Source: a virus | Taxonomy: Duplodnaviria; Caudoviricetes | IMG/VR virus record: IMGVR_UViG_3300045432_000021 | Coordinates: 1-61,263 of that record | Reading direction: 5' to 3' (one strand) | Length of the DNA stretch: 61,263 nucleotides | Shown here: positions 56,765-61,263 of the stretch, one piece after another | Layout of the letters: every line of letters begins with the position of its first letter | Numbering within the stretch: position 1 is the first letter of the stretch | Notes under the pieces: generated by a model | Databases searched by the model: none | Told to the model about the DNA's origin: nothing | The model's input: the letters and a program-made list of their open reading frames with translations, nothing else | Program-made: the position numbers and the translations under genes

Positions 56765-57202
56765 ATGGATATTAATTTATCAACTTCTATAAAGTATGGA
56801 TATCTTAAAAGTTACTTAGCAATTGCTCGTGAATACGAGGAAAAATTAGAAAAGGTTAAACATAGATTTAGTGAAATATTAGAATTACCATTAGATATTA
56901 GCATAGCTCTAAAACCTATTAGATCACCACATATCGTAGGTAGGTATAATGGCGATGCTAATATTGCAGAGATTGATATACGTAAAGGAAATATAGACGA
57001 CGGCCTACTAACTATTTGTCATGAACTTGTACACGCAGAGCAATACTATATCGGTACTCTGTACAGCGATGAGAAATATTTTTACTGGAAAGGTAAAAAA
57101 TGGCCTGAAGCATCAAGTAAAACATCTGCATATTACAAGTTGCCATGGGAGATAGAGGCATATAATAAACAAGAAGAGATTTATAATTTAGTTTTCAATT
57201 AA
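56765..57202 (+). CDS. putative Zn-metallopeptidase (HExxH)
   Basis: TICHELVHAEQY...YYKLPWEIEAY. Confidence 0.75.
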   Translation: MDINLSTSIKYGYLKSYLAIAREYEEKLEKVKHRFSEILELPLDISIALKPIRSPHIVGRYNGDANIAEIDIRKGNIDDGLLTICHELVHAEQYYIGTLYSDEKYFYWKGKKWPEASSKTSAYYKLPWEIEAYNKQEEIYNLVFN

Positions 57203-57226
57203 CAAACCAATAACAATAAAAAACAT

Positions 57227-57442
57227 ATGAAACGCGATACAAACTGGCTAAACAACCGCAATCAAATCAAAAACCCTAAGATCTTCAACGTAACTGTCTA
57301 TCGTGATGAGACTGGTAAATTGCAGCTACTTGGAAATCAGACTCTAGTATGTAATCGGCATAATAACAAAGACGTATGGGAGCCAATCAATACCCGTGCC
57401 TTCGGTCGACTGCTTAATAAGCAGGGAGTTAGCTTCTTGTAA
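57227..57442 (+). CDS. hypothetical protein
   Basis: 71 aa ORF. Confidence 0.65.
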   Translation: MKRDTNWLNNRNQIKNPKIFNVTVYRDETGKLQLLGNQTLVCNRHNNKDVWEPINTRAFGRLLNKQGVSFL

Positions 57443-57493
57443 AATTAAGAAGTTAAATTAAGATTAACTCAATAGCCATACATAAATAAAGGT

Positions 57494-60400
57494 ATGGCTA
57501 TTGAGTTAACAACGGCAAGTGATAGTGTAATAGATTCTATACGAGCGTCACTTAGCGCTATAGGTAGTAATACTTTAAAAGAGATAATAGATATAACGAG
57601 AGCTAATTATAATGCTCTAACCAAAGATCCTAATACTCTTTATGTAGTTAATGAGGGAGTTGGAGCCAATAGCTCTTTATATAAAGGCACAACAAAGATT
57701 ATAGCGGAGTTCTCTGGTAGCATAGCAGGTAATCTTTCTGCAACTGGTAATATTACTGCAGACGGGGTTGTATATGCGGCTGGTGGTAATAGTAATACTT
57801 GGAACAATACTTCCAATATTATATCTATCAATAGTCCGACCTGGAATACTAATTCAACTACAGTTACAACAAACTCAGGTTACTGGAACGATAGTACAAC
57901 CTTAGTTAAGGCTAACTCAGCGCGATGGGACAGTAACTTAACTACTGTTGCAACAAACTCAGCTAACTGGATTTTAGATGGAGGAAATACGAAGGGATCA
58001 GATCTATTTATAGGTACTTTAGACAATAATGACCTATTCTTTAAGACTAATAATATTTCGAGGCTATCTGTATTAAACAATGGCAATATAGGTATAAGTC
58101 GAATTAGCCCGGATTCTAAACTAGAGATATTCGATAATACTTTAGCAAACAGCGGTAACTTGGAGGGATCAGGTATTTATTTAGCTCAAGCATGGAACAC
58201 AACTGGATCGCCGGTAGCTTTAAAGTTAAATATAACCAATACCAGCTCGGGGTCAGCTAGCAAACTAATAGATTTAAGGGTATCAGAATCTAGTAAATTT
58301 AATGTAAATGCTCAAGGTAATGTCGGCATAGGTACATCTCTCCCAACATCTAAGCTTGATATTTATGACACCACTACAGCACAAGGTTTATCAGGAGCTG
58401 CTTTAAATATCTATCATAACTGGAACTCTGGCTCAGTAGATGCTACTGCTATTAAATTAAATGTTTTTAGCTCAGGCTCTGGACAGAATAGCAAATTTTT
58501 AGACTTGCAGCTAAATGGTACAAGTTATTTTAACGTTAGTAAATTTGGTAATGCTTCAGTCATAGGCACCTTATCTGCTGCAAGAATTGTAAGCAGAGAT
58601 CTATCAGTAGGTGCATCTACCATAGATTGGTCAACATCAAATAGTTTCTACAAGACTATTGGCAGTGACACAACCTTTGCATTTACTAATACTTTACCAG
58701 GACAAACCATTACTGTAGTAGTTAACTCAACCAACACATGGTCAATAACATGGCCTGCTAGTATAGTTTGGGAGAGCGGATTCTACCCTACACAAGCTAA
58801 GTCTACTGAGACAGATATATTTACATTTAAAAATGTAAACGGTGTAATAAGAGGCTCACTAGTAAAAACTCCAATTGAGAGAAGAGTTGGTACTTATGCT
58901 GAGCTCTCAGCAGCTGTGCTTCTAGGAGGTACTATTAACGTAACAGAGATGATTACAATTAATAATACCATAAATCTTACTGTATCTGGCACTAAATTAA
59001 TAGGCGCTAATAATGGTGGTATCATCCTTCCCTATCCTTCAGGTAACCCTACTATAATTGATGTAAGAACATCAAACTGCGAAATACGCAACCTTAACCT
59101 TACAGCAAATCAGCCATTAAATTTAAATAGTGATGCTGGTTACGTCGCTATTAGACTCTCTCAACCTACTGTAACCACAGCTATCGATAATATTATTATT
59201 GAGGACAATAATATTTACAATGTGGGTTCTGGTATATATGCAACTTTTAGTAATGCTGTTAATAGACCTTATAACAGTAATATAAGGATACAGTACAACA
59301 ATATACACGCATGGGCGTACTTAGGAATATATCTTACTGGTAATATAGATAATTTACTTATAAATAAAAATACCGTTGCTTCTAGAGACCCTGGACAAAT
59401 ACATAATTGTGGATTTAACAATATATATGTTGGTCAAAACTGTAATTATGCACATATAATTAATAATGAGGTATCAGGAGTCGGTGCTGTAGGTATCGAA
59501 TTTACCAATAATGATACAGGCTCTCCTAGTGCTTTAATACATGCCTTATCTGGTGGTAGGAGCAATAAAGTAGCATTCAATAATGTATACGCACCGACCG
59601 CAGTAAGTACCAAGACAGGTATCCGTACAAAGGGTACAGGGTCAGTACACGTCGTAAACAATACAGTAATAGGTCCCTTCTTTGCTGGAATAGAGATAGT
59701 TAACGGCCCAGTAAATAGAGCTCCAACCTTAGTTCAAGGCAACCATATAGAAGGTATGTCTGGCAATCAGTCACAATTTATTTCTCTAAATAATACTAGA
59801 AGCTGTAACGTTGTAGGTAACACTTTAACTACTAATGTATGTGCTGCCAACCCAAATCAAAGTAGCTGGGGTATTAATATTAAAAATAGCGGCGAAGACA
59901 TAACCATAAAAACCAACCAACTAACTAATGTAGGAACAGCTGGTGTCAATATTTCAGGTATGAGAAGGAATATAGAACAGATTATACCAGGTTCTCCTAC
60001 TCGTATTAAAATTCTTTCTCCGGGATTTGGAGATGATGTGTATAACGGTAAAGCTGTATTCATTTCCGGTTTATCAGGACTAGGCGGAACCTACACTCCA
60101 TCAGCAGAATGGCAAACTTTATCAGGTTATCATAATATCACACTAGTTGATGCAACCGGTGACCCTGGAGGCGATACGAGTGAAAAGAGATACTTCACTA
60201 TTCCTGTTAACTCAACAGGCTTCAATACTGCAACTATACCGGTCTCGGCACATACAAACTGGATAGATGCAAACATGATAACCCTTAAGTATAGTAAGAT
60301 AGCTATATGTAGTAATAAATTTGTTAATACATATAAGCAGAATTCCGGGCAAAACGCAAGTTTCGACTATAACATATTATTTACCGCTGTACAGAACGCC

Positions 60401-60607
60401 GTAATAAGAAATAATGAGTTCTGGGTTGCTTCTAATATTTCATTACACAGAACAATATCATTATTAGGTGGAGGTACCTTTTATCTAGGTAGTATGAGTA
60501 CACCCGTTACTCTCTTTTTAAAGGCTTCTGCTGGAACCTTTGATCAAACAACTGGAGATAATATAAGGATAGACTATATTGAAGGTGTATCAGACGTTAA
60601 TTTATAA
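57494..60607 (+). CDS. tail fibre/tailspike with right-handed beta-helix (pectate lyase-like) C-terminus
   Basis: N-terminal YNALTKDPNTLYVV, W-N-x-T repeats, GNIGI fibre repeats, IDWS...ITWP domain, many IIIEDNNI-type coils; CATAAATA 5 nt upstream. Confidence 0.75.
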   Translation: MAIELTTASDSVIDSIRASLSAIGSNTLKEIIDITRANYNALTKDPNTLYVVNEGVGANSSLYKGTTKIIAEFSGSIAGNLSATGNITADGVVYAAGGNSNTWNNTSNIISINSPTWNTNSTTVTTNSGYWNDSTTLVKANSARWDSNLTTVATNSANWILDGGNTKGSDLFIGTLDNNDLFFKTNNISRLSVLNNGNIGISRISPDSKLEIFDNTLANSGNLEGSGIYLAQAWNTTGSPVALKLNITNTSSGSASKLIDLRVSESSKFNVNAQGNVGIGTSLPTSKLDIYDTTTAQGLSGAALNIYHNWNSGSVDATAIKLNVFSSGSGQNSKFLDLQLNGTSYFNVSKFGNASVIGTLSAARIVSRDLSVGASTIDWSTSNSFYKTIGSDTTFAFTNTLPGQTITVVVNSTNTWSITWPASIVWESGFYPTQAKSTETDIFTFKNVNGVIRGSLVKTPIERRVGTYAELSAAVLLGGTINVTEMITINNTINLTVSGTKLIGANNGGIILPYPSGNPTIIDVRTSNCEIRNLNLTANQPLNLNSDAGYVAIRLSQPTVTTAIDNIIIEDNNIYNVGSGIYATFSNAVNRPYNSNIRIQYNNIHAWAYLGIYLTGNIDNLLINKNTVASRDPGQIHNCGFNNIYVGQNCNYAHIINNEVSGVGAVGIEFTNNDTGSPSALIHALSGGRSNKVAFNNVYAPTAVSTKTGIRTKGTGSVHVVNNTVIGPFFAGIEIVNGPVNRAPTLVQGNHIEGMSGNQSQFISLNNTRSCNVVGNTLTTNVCAANPNQSSWGINIKNSGEDITIKTNQLTNVGTAGVNISGMRRNIEQIIPGSPTRIKILSPGFGDDVYNGKAVFISGLSGLGGTYTPSAEWQTLSGYHNITLVDATGDPGGDTSEKRYFTIPVNSTGFNTATIPVSAHTNWIDANMITLKYSKIAICSNKFVNTYKQNSGQNASFDYNILFTAVQNAVIRNNEFWVASNISLHRTISLLGGGTFYLGSMSTPVTLFLKASAGTFDQTTGDNIRIDYIEGVSDVNL

Positions 60608-60618
60608 AATCATTATAT

Positions 60619-61017
60619 ATGAGTAGACCATCCTGGGAAGAATACGCCTTGCTGCTAGCTAATACAGCTAGCTTAAGATCAGAAGATCCATATATTAAAT
60701 GCGGCGCTTGTGTATTAAGACACGATAATAGTGTTGCTGGATTAGGGTATAATGGATCTCCTCCAGGTTATGATATAGATTGGTCTGATAGAGACGCTAG
60801 GCGTCCGTTTGTATCTCATGCAGAGAGATCAGCTCTTCGTTACTGCAAGCCCGGCGAAGCGAAACTAATAGCTGTTACGCTGTCTCCATGTCAGCATTGT
60901 ATAATAGACATTGCAATGTTCGGAATAAAAAAGGTCATCTTTCAAGATGACTACCATGACTATTTTCAAGTTTTAGAGATAGCAAAGCGGTATGATATTG
61001 AACTAATTCAAATGTAA
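60619..61017 (+). CDS. dCMP deaminase
   Basis: RSEDP..KCGA, GYNG, HAE, TLSPCQHC. Confidence 0.93.
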   Translation: MSRPSWEEYALLLANTASLRSEDPYIKCGACVLRHDNSVAGLGYNGSPPGYDIDWSDRDARRPFVSHAERSALRYCKPGEAKLIAVTLSPCQHCIIDIAMFGIKKVIFQDDYHDYFQVLEIAKRYDIELIQM

Positions 61018-61036
61018 TAACGAACTGCTTTATAAT
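61018..61036 (+). promoter_or_regulatory. TAACGAAC-N5-TATAAT promoter
   Basis: TAACGAAC TGCTT TATAAT. Confidence 0.65.
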
Positions 61037-61055
61037 AAATTTGTCTTAAGTGTCT

Positions 61056-61238
61056 ATGAGTTCCTATACTATTCTTTGCTTTAAAAATGATCATACTCAA
61101 GAGTTTTTTCTCTGCGAGGATTTTAAAGATGTTCAAACATTAGAAGAGCAACTTCGTAATGATTCTAATGTCAAGTATTATGAAGTTCACGTATACGCAA
61201 TGATTAAATCATGGACTAAACCCTTAGAGGTTATCTAA
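61056..61238 (+). CDS. hypothetical protein
   Basis: ~60 aa ORF behind the promoter motif. Confidence 0.6.
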   Translation: MSSYTILCFKNDHTQEFFLCEDFKDVQTLEEQLRNDSNVKYYEVHVYAMIKSWTKPLEVI

Positions 61239-61263
61239 TTTTTATGAAACAGTTATATATTAT

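Noticed and set aside
1689-60063. Other short nested or antisense ORFs in the ORF track (e.g. 1689..1931, 6004..6339, 30018..30586, 32221..32502, 57640..60063)
   Set aside because: They overlap well-supported genes on another frame or strand and have no independent support.
7549-61025. CGAAC as a Gram-positive LexA (GAAC-N4-GTTC) box
   Set aside because: None of the seven sites has the GTTC half-site; the element is non-palindromic and fixed relative to the -10 box.
1-61263. Stop-codon reassignment
   Set aside because: Core genes are full length in code 11, and TAA, TAG and TGA all terminate genes at sensible boundaries.

Overview
A ~61 kb AT-rich segment of a large T4-like (Tevenvirinae-type gene set, contractile-tail) bacteriophage genome, densely coding in genetic code 11. 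No tRNA, CRISPR array, integrase or transposase was seen. It holds a replication block (gp59-like, gp32, gp45, RNase H, gp61 primase; gp44 and dUTPase lie elsewhere) and a largely minus-strand morphogenesis region (8.6-48.8 kb). That region has ~18 kb of accessory baseplate/fibre proteins plus gp6, gp25, gp27-, gp53- and gp48-like genes, tape measure, two gp26-like genes, gp54, gp19, gp18, gp3 and gp17. A plus-strand accessory region follows (gp14, PD-(D/E)XK nuclease, RmlD, HExxH proteins, holin-like gene plus lipoprotein, HiPIP, beta-helix tailspike, dCMP deaminase). Most notable observations: (1) two promoter classes, a T4-late-like TAAATA box 5-6 nt before start codons and a (TAA)CGAAC-N5-TAnnAT element, that together imply widespread leaderless mRNA; (2) a HiPIP with no export signal, behind a late promoter and with a capsid-targeting-like N-terminus shared with other small late proteins; (3) a circularly permuted module shared by the neck protein and a baseplate protein; (4) Leu-Ser-[Ala/Gly] enrichment in virion proteins alongside GT8 and RmlD; (5) an RlpA-like DPBB protein beside the hub gene. 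All family calls come from remembered motifs and synteny; no database search was run.
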